From Eledone cirrhosa (Eukaryota), in contig OZ024740.1 of NCBI GenBank assembly GCA_964016885.1, positions 66,960,001 through 67,024,000 of the forward strand: a stretch of 64,000 bases of DNA. The letters are read 5' to 3'. Positions 1 through 17,574 of the stretch are shown piece by piece. How positions within the stretch are numbered: the first letter of the stretch is position 1; the number at the start of each line of letters is the position of its first letter. The position numbers and the translations under genes are program-made. The notes under the pieces were generated by a model, which did no database searches, was not told where the DNA came from, and worked only from the letters and a program-made list of their open reading frames with translations.

Positions 1-26
1 CCGCTTCAATTTATTATAAATTAAAT

Positions 27-170
27 TTAATTTATAATAAATTGAAGTGAAAGCAACTGGTGCGTGTGTTTCTTATTGGCAACATGACCCTCCCAAAGTA
101 TAACAATATCGGTTTCAACATACGTTTTCAGATAAATAATTTTGCTAAACAAATTCATAAACGGAATATA
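27..170 (+). mobile_element. 3' terminal fragment of PLE family A (pseudo-LTR end)
   Basis: Matches 18260-18338 and the reverse complement of 17575-17690 (GGCAACATGACCCTCCCAAAGTATAACAATA); ends in (TA)n. Confidence 0.7.
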
Positions 171-324
171 TATATATATATATATATAAGGGTTAAAATA
201 CTGGAGCGTGTTGGAGTTAAACACTCTCTTCGTATTATAGAAATGACAGTAAAAGGTATAGCTCAATGTAGTTAAACAGAGCCGAAAAATTAAGAAAGTA
301 AAACATACATATATATATATATAT

Positions 325-1990
325 ATGTATGTAAAAGGAAAACAGAAAAAACAACACAATCGGTACGGTATATGGAAGGTATATATTTGGTTAAAGCTTG
401 ATATAGCAGGAAGAGGGTCCTAGAATTTCGGAGGCCAGACGTTCATCAGAAGAAAGAATGAAAAATAAAATAGATTGAGGGGACGGGTGGGATGGAATTG
501 GAAAAAATGTATTTAGATAAAAATAACAGGTCCATTCATGTTGACATCTCTTGCAAAACTGTTGGTGCTGGGGTTTCGTGCATGATTTATTTTCTAGAAA
601 AATGGATGATGGCGCATGTCTACCTGAAATGGAAAAAAAACGTTTTGTAAAAAGAGCTATACTTGACCACGTTCATAAAAATGAGTTTGTGTATGTGTGT
701 GTGTGTGTGTTATTATAGGTCCGTACGAAGCTAAGAACAAATGTGTGTGTATATGTGAGTAAAGGAGTGCATGTGCATGTAAGTATGAACCTATGAGCGA
801 AAGTATGTTAATATACGGAGGTGTATCGGCATGTATTAATAGTAAGAGAAGCTGCTAATGATAAAGAGAAAGCGATAGGAATCTAGGGTTGTTATAATGG
901 GCGGGATATTAGAGAAATTGGGGAGGTGAGTTGAGTCCAAGAGGGGAATAGGACCCAAGACGGGGAATCAGACTTTGTTCAGTCCTGGTGCGCAAGGCCT
1001 GTGATCCATGATATAAAAGAACACCCAGGACTGAAACATGTAGGGAAGAATGACCAGGAGAACAGAAATGACGGGCGACAGGAGTATCCAAACGAGTTGT
1101 ATGTCCCTCAAATGTTCGGCAAAACGGTCCGCCATACGGCGTCCCGTTTGTCCGATATATAAAGACTCGCAAAGGAAACACCGGTGGGCTTAGGCAACGT
1201 CGGTGGATGTGCAGGTGAAAGAATGGCGGATACGGAAAGACCCATTAGGGTCTGTGAGAGTGGTGAGGGTGGAAAGAAAGGGACAAGTGTTGCAGCGGGA
1301 ACGGGAACAATGATGAGAGCCGGATGGAGTCGTGGGAGAGGCCGAAAAATAACTGCGAACCAGGAGGTCGCGGAAGTTTCGGGCGCGCTTAAAAGAAGTA
1401 GTGGGTGGGTTTGGAAAAAAGCGAGAAGTGACGGGGTCAGAAGAGAGAATACGGAAGGAACGGAGGATATGTCGCCGAAGTGGTAGGGTGATAGGGTGGT
1501 AGGTGAGAGGGAAAGGAACACGGGTGTTGGGAGGGCGGGGGTGAGGTGAGAGGGCTGTGCTGCAGTCTGTTTCACGGGCGTGGGTGAGAGTAGCTTGGAT
1601 AAAGGTGGGGGATACCCATGCTGGATGACGCAGGAAGCCATGCGAAGGGAATGGGTTTCGAAATCCTCATCCTGGCTACAGAGTCCACGAAAACGGACGA
1701 ATTGGGAATATGATATGGAGTGTTTGGTGTGGGTTGGATGGGAGGAGCTGAAGTCGAGATAAGATTGGGAGTCTGTTGGTTTAATGAAGATGGATGTAGA
1801 GAGGGTGCGGTGAGAGTGATTAATAGATAGAGAGATATCTAGAAAAGCGACAGAAGAATCAGAGACAGAGGCGGTGAAATTGAGAGCAGGATGGAAAGAT
1901 TGGACAAAAGAAAGAAAATAGTCGAGCTGTTCTCGTGATAGAGAGGTGGCGCCGATACAGTCGTCGATATAACGACAGTATAGCTCAGGA

Positions 1991-1992
<2 letters not shown>
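325..1992 (-). mobile_element. 5'-truncated, frameshifted Penelope-like element (RT C-terminal half, GIY-YIG endonuclease, 3' UTR with HHR motif), family B
   Basis: Minus strand reads [14 protein letters not shown] (RT YIDD, about 1950-1992), VAFLDISL, KPTDSQSYLDFSSSHP, then LYIGQTGRRMADRFAEHLR (GIY-YIG region, about 1107-1165). CTGATGA..GAAA motif at 420-452. The 3' end abuts (TACA)/(TA)n. Confidence 0.9.
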
Positions 1993-2021
<29 letters not shown>

Positions 2022-2041
2022 CCTGAGCTATACTTATTTAC

Positions 2042-2122
<81 letters not shown>

Positions 2123-2148
2123 CACACACATATAAGTAGGTATGTAAT

Positions 2149-2182
<34 letters not shown>

Positions 2183-2192
2183 AGTAGGTATG

Positions 2193-2256
<64 letters not shown>

Positions 2257-2289
2257 AGTAGGTATGTATATATATATATATATGACAGT

Positions 2290-2640
2290 ATGGGTTATAT
2301 CGAATAATAATAATATTCGATTCATTTGCAAGCAAACGACGCTACTAAGATATGCTGTGCCTTGATGACCAATAGTCATCCGTTTGTTCGTCAGTAGCAT
2401 CGAGGAACAATCAACTTGTTTCTGGGTCATTCCCCTTCATCAGGAATGTATACCACTATGCCACTCTTTTGAACGGTTTAAAATATGTAGTATTTTCTAA
2501 AGTATACATCGGCTGATCACCCTCATTTACATACTGATAGATTTTACTGCTGGCCTTGCCGAAAATTAATAATAAAATTAGAATATTATTTATCGCTCTA
2601 GCATAGCAGATACATAACAGTAAATAAGCACATCTACCTA
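2290..2640 (-). mobile_element. PLE-derived terminal fragment with HHR-like motif
   Basis: Minus strand ACATTC CTGATGA AGGGGAATGACCCA GAAAC AA GTT GATTGT at about 2407-2449; similar to the 50320-50480 family. Confidence 0.6.
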
Positions 2641-2765
2641 TATATATATATATACACACTATATATATAAAATTCTAGTTTTATTTATATATATGTGTGT
2701 TTATATGTGTGTACGTACGTGTGTGTGTATATGTATGTGTGTGTGTGTGCTTGTGTATTTATATG

Positions 2766-2837
<72 letters not shown>

Positions 2838-2899
2838 AGTGCTCAAGCAGTTGGAGTGTATGGTAAATATATATATGTAAAAATACAGTGTGTAACTGA

Positions 2900-3600
2900 G
2901 ACGTAATATACACACATATCTATTATGTAGTCTTGTGAACATGCCCGAAAATATGAATTCTCTCGTAAATTGAAAACATGATAAATATCTTTAATTAATT
3001 TTCCGATCATATTCGACCCTCACCAGTATACATTATCCATTTAATCACAAGCAAACCTGTTTTTGATAAGTATATATACCCAGTCGCTCATGCTGGTAAT
3101 TATCTATAATCGCTCAAATACAGATTTCCTTGTGGTTGACTGGATGATATACACGTCCTCTGATGAAGGTCCAAAAAGATCGGAAAATCAATTAGAGATA
3201 TTTATTATGTTTTCAATCTCCTGAGAAAGTTTCTGGCAAGTTTACATGCCTACGTATTAGATATGTATATACATCTATACACATTAATGCCGTCACGTGT
3301 ACACACTGTCCACTTATAAAGATATGACCTCATCAAATATTTTGGCTGCTATCCCATTTCTTATTATATGCAAATCAGTATGTGCATTTCAGAATGATAT
3401 TAAGAGCGAATTGGTATATATAGCCATCAAATGCATGTTTCCATGTATTTGTTGGGACGATGTGCATGTCTTCTGATTCCTATGAGATTTGAACAAATGT
3501 TTATCATATTTTCAATTTATGGGAAAATTCGTATTTTACATGCCTACATATTAGATATGTTTATATATTTATACACATCTGTGGAATTTCGTTTACAAAC
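2900..3600. mobile_element. Degenerate PLE pseudo-LTR cluster (inverted plus direct partial copies) with HHR motif
   Basis: 2900-3020 is an imperfect inverted copy of 3165-3275, and 3495-3580 is a further direct partial copy. CTC TGATGA AGGTCCAAAAAGATCG GAAAATCAATTA GAG at 3158-3197. Confidence 0.55.
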
Positions 3601-3634
3601 TGTATGTGTACAGATATAATTTATCATATATATA

Positions 3635-3710
<76 letters not shown>

Positions 3711-3713
<3 letters not shown>

Positions 3714-3903
3714 TAAATGTTTGACCCATACGGCAGAGCTCAAGCCGTTTCGACGGCTATTTCAGTCCAGAAATACCCATCGAAACGGCTTGAGCTCTAC
3801 TGTCGGGATCAAACATTTTCCTATTACCCACTATACTACCCTAAGTATTGAGTACTCTGGTGCGTTATGGTGTATCTGGTTCCTTACCACACCTCCTTCG
3901 TTA
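3711..3903 (+). mobile_element. About 200-bp non-autonomous hairpin element (family C), copy 1
   Basis: About 55-bp-arm palindrome (GAGCTCAAGCCGTTTCGA / TCGAAACGGCTTGAGCTC) plus an 80-bp tail ending CCTTCGTTA, between (TA)n tracts. Homologous to 6151-6352 and 44124-44320. Confidence 0.8.
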
Positions 3904-3976
3904 TATATATATATATGTTTGTGTGTGTGTGTATGTATATATGTTTGTGTGTATATATATATATATATATATATAC

Positions 3977-4225
3977 ATAACGGCGATGAATTAGTTTTGT
4001 GAGGTTTTTGATATGAAATCGTGTGTCGAAACAAATATTGTTATACTTGGGGAGGGTCATATGTGCGTAATAATATTGCCAGAATTAATAACAGAACACA
4101 CTCACTGTTTGGTTGGTTTTCGCTTCTGTGTCTTTTATATCGGTTAATTTAATTTATTCGGTCCTCAATGTTACCATTGACTGACCAACGGTCAAAAATA
4201 CAGATACAATATAGACACAAACACA

Positions 4226-4261
<36 letters not shown>

Positions 4262-4556
4262 AAACAGACTAAATAAAGATGGCGTAGGCATACAATGCAA
4301 CGGGAGGAAACGTAATAGCACCACTGACGATGTTGCAGATGTGCAACGAAAGAATTTTGTTAGACTATATATATGTGTTTGTGTCTATATTGTATCTGTA
4401 TTTTTGACCGTTGGTCAGTCTATGGTAACATTGAGGACCGAATAAATTAAATTAACCGATATAAAAGACACAGAAGCGAAAACCGACCAAACATTGAGTG
4501 TGTTCTGTTATCAATCATGGCAATATTATTACACACATATGACCCACCCCAAGTAT

Positions 4557-4563
<7 letters not shown>
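3977..4563. mobile_element. PLE family A inverted pseudo-LTR pair with HHR in the spacer
   Basis: Arms 4036-4227 and 4372-4563. The spacer has (TAAA)n and CA CTGACGA T GTTGCA GATG TGCAAC GAAAG AA TTT TG (4322-4359). Flanked by (TA)n. Confidence 0.85.
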
Positions 4564-4602
<39 letters not shown>

Positions 4603-5237
4603 GGCTAGGTGTACCTACATTTTATCTTTACCGGATTGCCCCCTCCACTCCAGTGCAAAGATACCGCACGCCCTCTCAAGTCACCGAGGGTTGGGGTGGG
4701 GATTAACGTGCTCAGATGTTGGGTTTGAATAGTTTTTTAGGATTCCCCAGTTCAGCAGCCAGTACGTTAAAGAAACTTGATAGTCACAACAATAAAGGCT
4801 GACCAGAGAACAAATTTGTTAACAAACTTTCCAATGATTTGTACAACCATAATGGAAATTCCAAGTAACAGAAAATACATAAATTACATTGTTACAGACG
4901 CAGAGTATACAATATTTTTTGTTCAGCCCTCGGGAACAAAGATGAAGAGATTTTTTGGCGAGCTCACCCTAGAGCATCCTACATACAATTAACCATGGGA
5001 GAAGCATGGTTTTCCCAGATGAAGGCGAGCCACTATTGACCCTGAGTTTTGTTGATGGTAATCACGAAGCTTAGTATCTCTCTTGCTCTGGAAAATCTGA
5101 TCTTGCGGCCAGGCTGGGACATTTTGGATAGCATGTTGGCAGTAACAATGATGATAAGTCGTCTGGGCTTTCGTGAAATATATACGTTTGTTTATATTCT
5201 GTTTTTGAGTATGCAAAAATATCTGTACACGAATATA

Positions 5238-5277
<40 letters not shown>

Positions 5278-5575
5278 TAACAGATTAAAGTTTAAGCAAA
5301 GAATCGCTGCTTTCACCCTTAACGGAATCTTCTGAAACTAAAAAAATCAATCTGTGAACGCAGAAGTAAATATTTCGAAAAACGTTGCAACCGAAGGAAA
5401 ACAGGAAGACGATACTTCACTTCGTGAAGACGTTCCCTGGCAATGAACGGAAAAAAGCGAAGATAATACGTCAGCAATGAGAACAATATTTGCTCTAGGT
5501 TTCTTATATATTTGATATATATTTATCCTTATCGAGCCCGCTTTGGATTTTAGTCTTCACGTTTATTATTATTAC

Positions 5576-5685
<110 letters not shown>

Positions 5686-6150
5686 ATTAATTATTAAGAG
5701 GGCGTGCTGTATATTTGCACTGAATTAATTAAAAGCTGGTTAGAAGCGAAGTCAATGCAGACAGGCAGCAAGACAGACAAATATTATAAGCGTGTGACGT
5801 TATAGCTATGTAGCTAATGCAGAGAGCCATACATACAGAGACATATAAGGGCGCGACGTTATAGCTATGTATCTATCTAAATACACAGACTAAGAAAAAG
5901 AGAGGAATGTCGTATAACCGGAAGTGTTGACATTTGAACATTTTAAAGAAGTGAATATTTAAATAAACGATAAAATATCTTTAATCGTTTAACAAAATTT
6001 AGAAGACAAAAATAGCTTCACTTTCTTACTTGGAAAAAGTTACATCTATGGTGCAATTTAATGCTTTTTGGTCCAAAAGTTTGTTACATATATACGGCCG
6101 TCAGCTTCATAATATATATATATATTTAATTATATATATATATATATATA

Positions 6151-6352
6151 GGAACGAGTAGGACCCCGACGGCTGAGTTCAATCCGTTTCGACGGCTATT
6201 TCTGGACTCAGTCCAGAATTAGCCGTCGAAACGGCTTGAGCTCAGCCATCGGGGTCCTACTCGTTCATATTACCCACTCTACTACCCTAAGTATTGAGTA
6301 CTTTGGTGCGTTTTGGTCCATCTGGTGTTCCTTACCACATTTCCTTCGTTAT
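6151..6352 (+). mobile_element. Hairpin element family C, copy 2
   Basis: Palindrome 6151-6268 with apex TCTGGAC-TCA-GTCCAGA plus the same tail as copy 1; (TA)n on both sides. Confidence 0.85.
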
Positions 6353-6357
6353 ATATA

Positions 6358-6435
<78 letters not shown>

Positions 6436-6799
6436 TACTTAATAAACAAAGCAAAGGAGGCAATTTACACTGTTATATTAGGTTCATGTATATGTATGTA
6501 TATATTCGAAATTTCACACACCCCACCAGCGCTGTTTAGTGACACTATCGGTTTAATCACCAATGACCCAACCTTCCATGAGACATTTTATAATTGGATA
6601 TGATAACATTAACACAATATATATTTTCTAACAAAGCGTGTTACTCTGAACATTTCAGTTTTACATTCATAAGAACTGAATATATTAAGAATTAATCACA
6701 TATTGATTTTCATTCAATGTTTACATAAATTTATTTTTGATATTCGATTATTTCTGTTCTATATTTCCTTTAGTTTGCATTCTTATTCTCTTGTGATAG

Positions 6800-6900
6800 G
6801 TTTTGAAAGTTTCTCTGACGATATCAGAATGATGATTGGTAAAGCACCAAACCTTTATTGGAAAATTACATGGAAATATATTTGTCCTGTATCTATTATT
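6800..6900 (+). CDS. Internal exon of an SLC6 (sodium:neurotransmitter symporter) family gene, loop into TM11
   Basis: Polypyrimidine tract and AG acceptor at 6798-6799, GTAAGT donor at 6901. Encodes (G)FESFSDDIRMMIGKAPNLYWKITWKYICPVSII, matching the SLC6 motif G..F..DI..MIG..P..YW..cW..I.P; 101 bp, phase 1 to phase 0. Confidence 0.85.
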
Positions 6901-7393
6901 GTAAGTACAAACATTCAAGTTTCAATAAATCATGAAATGATAATTTATAAAATCCCCTTATTTGTTGTTATGTGTTGTTAGAAAATTATTGTAATTTTAT
7001 TATTGTAATTTTTGCATTCCCAAACGTATATCCACGAATAGTTTTATAATGTTCATCTTATTTTATTGTTCTTTGCTTCAGGAGAAAACCATTTCACAAT
7101 GCCATATTTATTAGAATTTTGCTTTTATTTTCAGCGTTTATATTTAGTTTATATTATCTAATTATTTACACTATTTTGTTATTCTTTTTTTCCTTTATTC
7201 GTTTAAATATTAAAGCTATTAGATTCAGGTCATGCTGGAGTATAGCAATCAAGATATTTAGTCGTTTATTCTAATTTCATTAACAAACAGTAGACATAAA
7301 CATAAATTCACACATGCACGTACATGCACACACATACACGCACGCACATACATACACGCACACACACCACACCACACACACACACACGAACAA

Positions 7394-7475
<82 letters not shown>

Positions 7476-7510
7476 TTGTGTGTGTGTGTTTGTTTGTGTG
7501 TGTGTGTACA

Positions 7511-7990
7511 TACACGCGAAAAGTTCTTAGATCTCATTGACAAACGCTTTACCATAAACTAATAAGTATAGTGCAATCTTTTACATTAACACTGGCGATC
7601 GGCTAATTCCCAGATCTACTAATTCCCAGATCAGCAACAAACACAAGAATTCTCCTGCACCGGGATAATCTTGTAGAAAGCAGGAATCATACCCTCTGGA
7701 TCAGAAGTGCAACACACCCGTTGTCGTATATGAAACTGATGTAACCTCCTTACAACCTAATAAGCAGCAGAGTGTTAAGGGGTCGCTACAAATAGTGCCT
7801 TCCAAAATATAAAGCGACATGTTGGCTCACAGATAAAGAATTATTTACGAAGCCTTCACGTCACTCTTGATCCGCAAGTATGCATTTGTTGTCTTCTTCT
7901 TAAATGGAAAATCCTGGAAAAAGCAAGTCCTTATATTAACGATAAAAAGGCATTAACTTGTGGAACAATTAGCAATAAATCAACTTAACA
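7511..7990 (+). mobile_element. Degenerate PLE relic (linker and GIY-YIG region)
   Basis: Fragments EKFLDLIDKRF, CRKQESYPLDQKCNTPVVVYETDVTS and WKILEKASPY parallel the PLE at 51650-52640. Confidence 0.6.
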
Positions 7991-8309
7991 TGGCTGCATA
8001 ATACGGAAACATGCCCCAATGCGTGCACCAATTTTTCCAAATGCTAAGCCCACGTGAGAAAATACATCCTACATATTTGGAAGAGCTCTGGGTAATATCT
8101 GGACAGCCACAATCCACAACCTTGTACTCCGAGCTTATCATCACTCATCATTGTAGAATCATCTTATCTATAATATATTTTTAACACATTAAATAAGAAA
8201 GAAGGAGCACACCCTTCTAGTTCCATATAGTTGTTCTAACCTCTATAACATCCGTCTAGCACCTAAGAAATCTTTTACATAAATACACCGCTACATCTTT
8301 CCAGAATAC

Positions 8310-8385
8310 ATAATTGTTTCTACTTTAGGCACAAGGCCAGCAATTACCCAGTGCATTACTGGTACTTTATTTTATCGACCCCGTA
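8310..8385 (-). mobile_element. 3' part of tRNA-derived SINE
   Basis: Reverse complement of GGGGTCGATAAAATAAAGTACCAGTAATGCACTGGGTAATTGCTGGCCTTGTGCC..AGTAGAAACAATT. Confidence 0.8.
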
Positions 8386-8700
8386 ATACATAATAGATTC
8401 CATTGAGTAAACTATGTCAGGAAAATTCTATGCCTCATAACGATCACAATGCCTCATATTAGTAGAATAATAAATTCACGATGAAGGAATGCATGAGCTG
8501 ATCAATAAAATACAGACTACCTAAATCTTCACAGTAACAGAGATTCATAATATTATCGTATTTTCTTTTTTCTTTTCTTTTTCGGAATTAAGCAATTCCA
8601 TGTGCCCAAAAACGCTCTCCCTCGGATTTGGTAACTCAAATCAGTTTATCTCTAGGAGTTTTTGGTAACATACACACACATATATATATATATATATATA

Positions 8701-8905
8701 GACTCGTTGAAACAGTCAACACCGCTCCGATAGTATTATGGTGCTAGAGCCAAGAATGTCGAAAGTCTCCATTGCCACAGGCTCAATAACAAACCTATCA
8801 GAGAGGGGCCGATATTTTGCAAGTTTGCCCTCTTTGGCCTGACGGGCAGCAAATCTCACCTGGTAGCCTAACGCATCTTGTTGCCGCTAGAGAACGTGTC
8901 ACAAA
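8701..8905 (-). mobile_element. Relic of a CRE-like (restriction-like endonuclease) non-LTR retrotransposon C-terminus
   Basis: Minus strand reads CDTFS...AARQAKEGKLAKYRPLSDRFVIEPVAMETFDILGS, resembling the AA..AE..K..KY..L....F.P.A.ET.G..G motif. Confidence 0.55.
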
Positions 8906-9756
8906 ATGTAGCACACTATATAGGAATTCTATCCTCTCATCTTCTCTCGCCCACACCATGCGAATTATTGTATATACCATTAGAGTATAGGAGAAACATA
9001 TTTCTTCGTTTTCTTGCCACATCATATAACAGAAGAAAGGTTCCAGGTAATTTGTATTTATTTGTAGTCGTTGTAAATATAGATGGTTGTATTTGAGTAT
9101 TGAAATTCGAAAGATCAAAAGCAATTTTATCATTAGCTGAAACAGTTGGAAATAGATTTGGCTATTTCTGTCACTAACCTTAAGTAGATTTGTATGTATG
9201 TATTACTTATTTATTTATTTGTTTTACACCACTGTCTGTGGACGGTATTTTTATTTGTCGCGAGTCTCCAAAGGGTCAATCACTTGTTCATTGCGTTTAT
9301 GATGGTGTGAGAGAGAATGTAGTGTATAACACGACGTAAGGAACTTCATTGGTGAACACTGGAGTTTGTGATTTTGTTTTCTTTAGGTCTAAATAAATTA
9401 GCAAGTATATATATTGTTTTCTTTGGGTCTAAATAAATTGGCAAGTGTATATATGAGAAAATGGTGGGAGACAATTTCACTCAGTACCATGCAGTGACAT
9501 CAAAATCCAAGGCACATGGTAGCAGCACTAAGTTGACAAATCAAAATCAGAAGCAGCTGACAGAAAACAATAGCGACATATTTCGAAATCATAACTGAAA
9601 TGTGTATATTAACCACTGAGAGACTAGTCTGATACCTGTTTTATTTATTATTCATGGCGTAAAGTATTCTCTCAGGAACGGAGAGAAACGTTGCAGTGTC
9701 AGAAATTCCTCAAATTTTATACCGGATACTTACGTTTTGAGTTCAATATATATATA

Positions 9757-11159
9757 TATTGTTATACTTGGGAAGGGTCATATTGTTGTAATAATATTGC
9801 CAGAAATAATAACAGAACACACTCACTGTTTTTTTGTTTTCGCTTCTGTATCTTTTATATCTCCACAGTTAATTCATTTGGTTCCCAATTTTTATCATTG
9901 ACTGACCAACGGTCAAAAATAGAGATATAAATACACATATATACTCTAACAAAGTCTTTCGTTGCACATCTCCAACATCATCAGTGGTACTATTATGTTC
10001 CTCCTCTTATATTGTATGTCTACGCCATTTTTATTTTATCGGTTTATTTATTTATTTTTGTCTTCTCTGCGCATGCGTTTGCGTGTGTGTATTGTGTGTG
10101 GTGTGTGTGTTTGCGTTTGGGTGACTGTGTTTTGGTTATTGTATTCTATCTTAGTTTACTAGTGTGTGTTTATATGTATTTGTTGCTATTGTGCTTGTGT
10201 ATATATATATATATATTTATTTATTTATATTTATATTAAGGCAGTATTGTTTGTTTGGGTGTTGTTGTTATTCCATTCTTTTTTCCTGTTTAGCTTTGGC
10301 TTTCTAAGCTCTATTTCGCTGGCGTCTCTGATTTGGCTACCTGATGGGTCATTTCTATGTTTAGATATTATTTTAATTTCTATGTTGTCTATGTTACCGT
10401 CATGTTGTTGCCTGGCGTGTTCGTATAGTACTGAACCGTTTTTTGTCCTTTTAATTCCCCCCAGTTTTGATCTATCCTTTCTCCTATGCTTCGAGCTGTC
10501 TCGCCTATGTATGTTGTTGTCATGTTTCTGCAAGTGCCCTCTGTACATCTTATGTATAGACTACATTTCTAGTTTTACAGTTTATCTGGGGGTGTACTTT
10601 ACATATAACACATTTCCTATTAGTACAGTGGGTTTTCTTAAAAGCGTATGTTTTGCTGATCATGGATTTCATGGTAGTTCCTGGCTTTACTACCACTTTA
10701 ATCTTTAAGTGGGTCTTTCTCAGAGCCTTTCTACATTGGTTAGCTAATTTAACTCCAGGGGTAGCGGCCACGAACAAGACACTCTGGTATCTCTGGTTGT
10801 CGTGCGAATGTCACCTCATAAATAAATAAACAGATAAAATAAAAATGGCGTAGACATAGAATACAACAGGACGAACATAATAGTACCACTGATGATGTTG
10901 CAGATGTGCAACGAAAGAACTTTGTTAGACTATGTATATGTATTTATATCTGTATTTCTGACCGTTGGTCAGTCAATGATAAACATTGAGGACCAAATGA
11001 ATTAACTGTGGAGATATAAAAGATACAGAAGCGAAAACGAACCAAACAGTGAGTGTGTTCTGTTATTAATTCTGGCAATATTACACAAATATGACCCTCG
11101 CCAAGTATAACAATATTTGTTTCGACACACGATTTCATATCAAAAACCTCGCAAAACAA

Positions 11160-11160
<1 letters not shown>
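9757..11160 (-). mobile_element. PLE family A: 3' ORF remnant with an inverted pseudo-LTR at its 5' end
   Basis: ORF remnants FVAATPG..KIKVVVKPGT..CxxxxCxxC..NCKTRNVVY and LYEHARQQHDG..KPKLNRKKEW. Arms 9757-10030 and 10840-11118 are inverted. HHR motifs at about 9950-9985 (-) and 10887-10926 (+). Homologous to the ORF at 63119-64000. Confidence 0.85.
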
Positions 11161-11198
<38 letters not shown>

Positions 11199-12752
11199 CA
11201 TATTGGATCGGTGCCTTGTCGTATTAGTTCTTTGGATTTTGCCTTCTCTGTTTGAATTCCCTCCTAGTTTATTTAACCGGAATATTTAGTCTGGCTTTGA
11301 CACCAACACAGAATAGGGTTCAAATTGTTCAATCTGGTGATAGCATTTCGGTCAAATCTACAGTTTGAAAATACGTCCATCATTGCATTATGATATGTCG
11401 CGCGTTGTGGGCTGGGGTCAGGGTTAAACAAGTGTTATGGAACACTATTATATATCCTGAAAAGATAAAATTTAAAATACAAGTTTCAAACTTCAACATA
11501 TGTTACAACTATCTTTGAATGATGTAAGTTGGTATTTAATTATTGATTATAAAGCCAGATAAAAATCGTTATTTAAATGAAAATATGAAAGATGTAAATA
11601 CAAAGAGGAACAGTTAGAAAAGACTTTCATAATCATTATCTTTATATATCTTTGGTAACACAACTCAAAGCTACTATTTCATAACACATGAGATAAAAAG
11701 TTTTGCAACATTGCTTGGCTAGCAAACAAAGTATCAAATTAAAAATCTGTTCTTTTTTTATTCATTTTTTTTTATAAGATGCTCCAAAAACTCATACATA
11801 TTCGAGAGAAGCAAGAATTTACAAATTGATGGAACATATATTTTACCTTTCTTTATCGAATTTTTTATCATTGATGTTAGCTCTAAAATACATTAATCAT
11901 TTTGTTTAATAGATCAAAAGCTATCGAAAGTGAATTTTCGATTTGGTGCCAATCCTAAATTTTCAGTACTTTCTTTGATATTTACAAGGAAAGTAGTAGA
12001 TAATAATTCCATTTTCATACATGAAAAATCATCATATTTGGGAATATTTTATCAAAACAGGTAGACATTTCGAGTATGCTGAAATGTAATTCAGATAGTG
12101 TCCAACGCTTTACCGATACATCTTTATAATGCTATATCAGTAAAGTTTTAATAGCTCAATTTAAAGTTAGAATTCCATCATCAACTACTTTTTAACCCAG
12201 TGTATATCCTTTATTCACTCATTAAACTATCGTTGCTTAACACGGCACATAGTACCCCACTATATATATTAATTAAACTAAATACATATCAAGTAAATCT
12301 CAACTGCATATAAACCAAAAATAAGTTCTAACAGGAAACGTAATGTAAAAGTGATGAACATTCAGCTAGCTATTCACACTATTTCTACAACTAACCTTAT
12401 TCTTATCTAACATACTCTACGTATAATTGTATAATCCTAGTAGTTATTTTAGGTTTAACTTAGGTTTCCTCTCATTAAATACAGAAATTGCTTAAATACT
12501 ATACTTAATTACGGCGGAATAGTATGAGGATATTGTTTGTAACAGATACTGACTACACAGTGTACATCCTACATCGTATGCATACGTGAACGTGTATATT
12601 TATCTCGTAAATCTATGTATGTTAGCGATGGTTTGCATGAAACGTATGTATTTTATCGTACATACATATATGTATATATATAATAATATTTATAATAATG
12701 ATGATAAATAGGAACAAAGAATAAGTATTACATCATATATATATTTAATAAT

Positions 12753-12840
12753 ATATTACATATTTTTCACAGCCGATCAGCTCGAAGAACGATCAAATAG
12801 TGTTCGATCATGGCTCTGGAATCGGGAGCTCCTCAGATAT
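12753..12840 (-). ncRNA. Type I hammerhead-like motif with a 61-nt insert replacing stem II
   Basis: ATAT CTGAGGA [61 nt] GAAAA ATAT GTA ATAT; homologous to 41197-41289 and 54618-54705. Confidence 0.55.
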
Positions 12841-12911
12841 GTATTCTCACATGTTGATGCAAGTCCAAATGTTGGTATACCACTTGTAAATGCAATTCAT
12901 TTGCACCTCTA

Positions 12912-17010
<4,099 letters not shown>

Positions 17011-17015
<5 letters not shown>

Positions 17016-17410
17016 AAATAAAGATCCGAAGGCATGGTATAAATTTCCAATCATTTTAATCACGACACATGTTTCAATAAGAGATAGATCGATCGTGCGA
17101 CCATGATCGATTAACACTGATCTCGTCAGGTGAAAATGAAGGATTTGAAGACAATTCATTTTCACCTGACGAGATCAGTAATAATCGATCATGGTCACAC
17201 GATCGATCTATCTCTTATTGAAACATGTGTGGTGATTAAAATGATTGGAAATGTATACCTTGCCTTTGGATCTTTATTTTGATAGAAATACTCCGTTTTA
17301 CATCATCTAGCTGTTCCCATAAACAGAATTGGAAATATGGAAGTCGAGAACTAAGAAAAGTTTATTGGACCATATGACACAACCAATAGTACACCTTATT
17401 ATATAACAAA
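17011..17410. mobile_element. Palindromic PLE-derived mini-element with two divergent HHR copies
   Basis: Arms 17011-17140 and 17155-17284, 14-nt loop, unique tail to about 17410, (TA)n on both sides. Confidence 0.85.
17051..17139 (-). ncRNA. Type I hammerhead ribozyme motif with extended stem II
   Basis: TCAC CTGACGA [47-nt hairpin with ATCGATC/GATCGAT] GAAACA TG TGTC^GTGA; stem I extends via TCATTTT/AAAATGA. The plus-strand twin has GTG at the cleavage triplet. Confidence 0.65.
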
Positions 17411-17526
17411 TATATATATATATATATACAGAGTGGCCCAAAAGTCTAGTGTCCGAAACGTTAATATCCTCTTCCTGCTATATCAAGCGTTAACCTAGAT
17501 TATGTTGTTATTTCTGTTTACCTTTT

Positions 17527-17572
<46 letters not shown>

Positions 17573-17574
17573 CG

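Noticed and set aside
4276-4287. YY1-like AAGATGGCG in family A pseudo-LTRs (also about 10843 and 18077)
   Set aside because: Short motif shared by descent; no independent evidence of function.
5080-5175. P-loop-like SGKSDLAARLG or ankyrin-like AARLGH
   Set aside because: Stops on both sides, incomplete motif and no supporting context.
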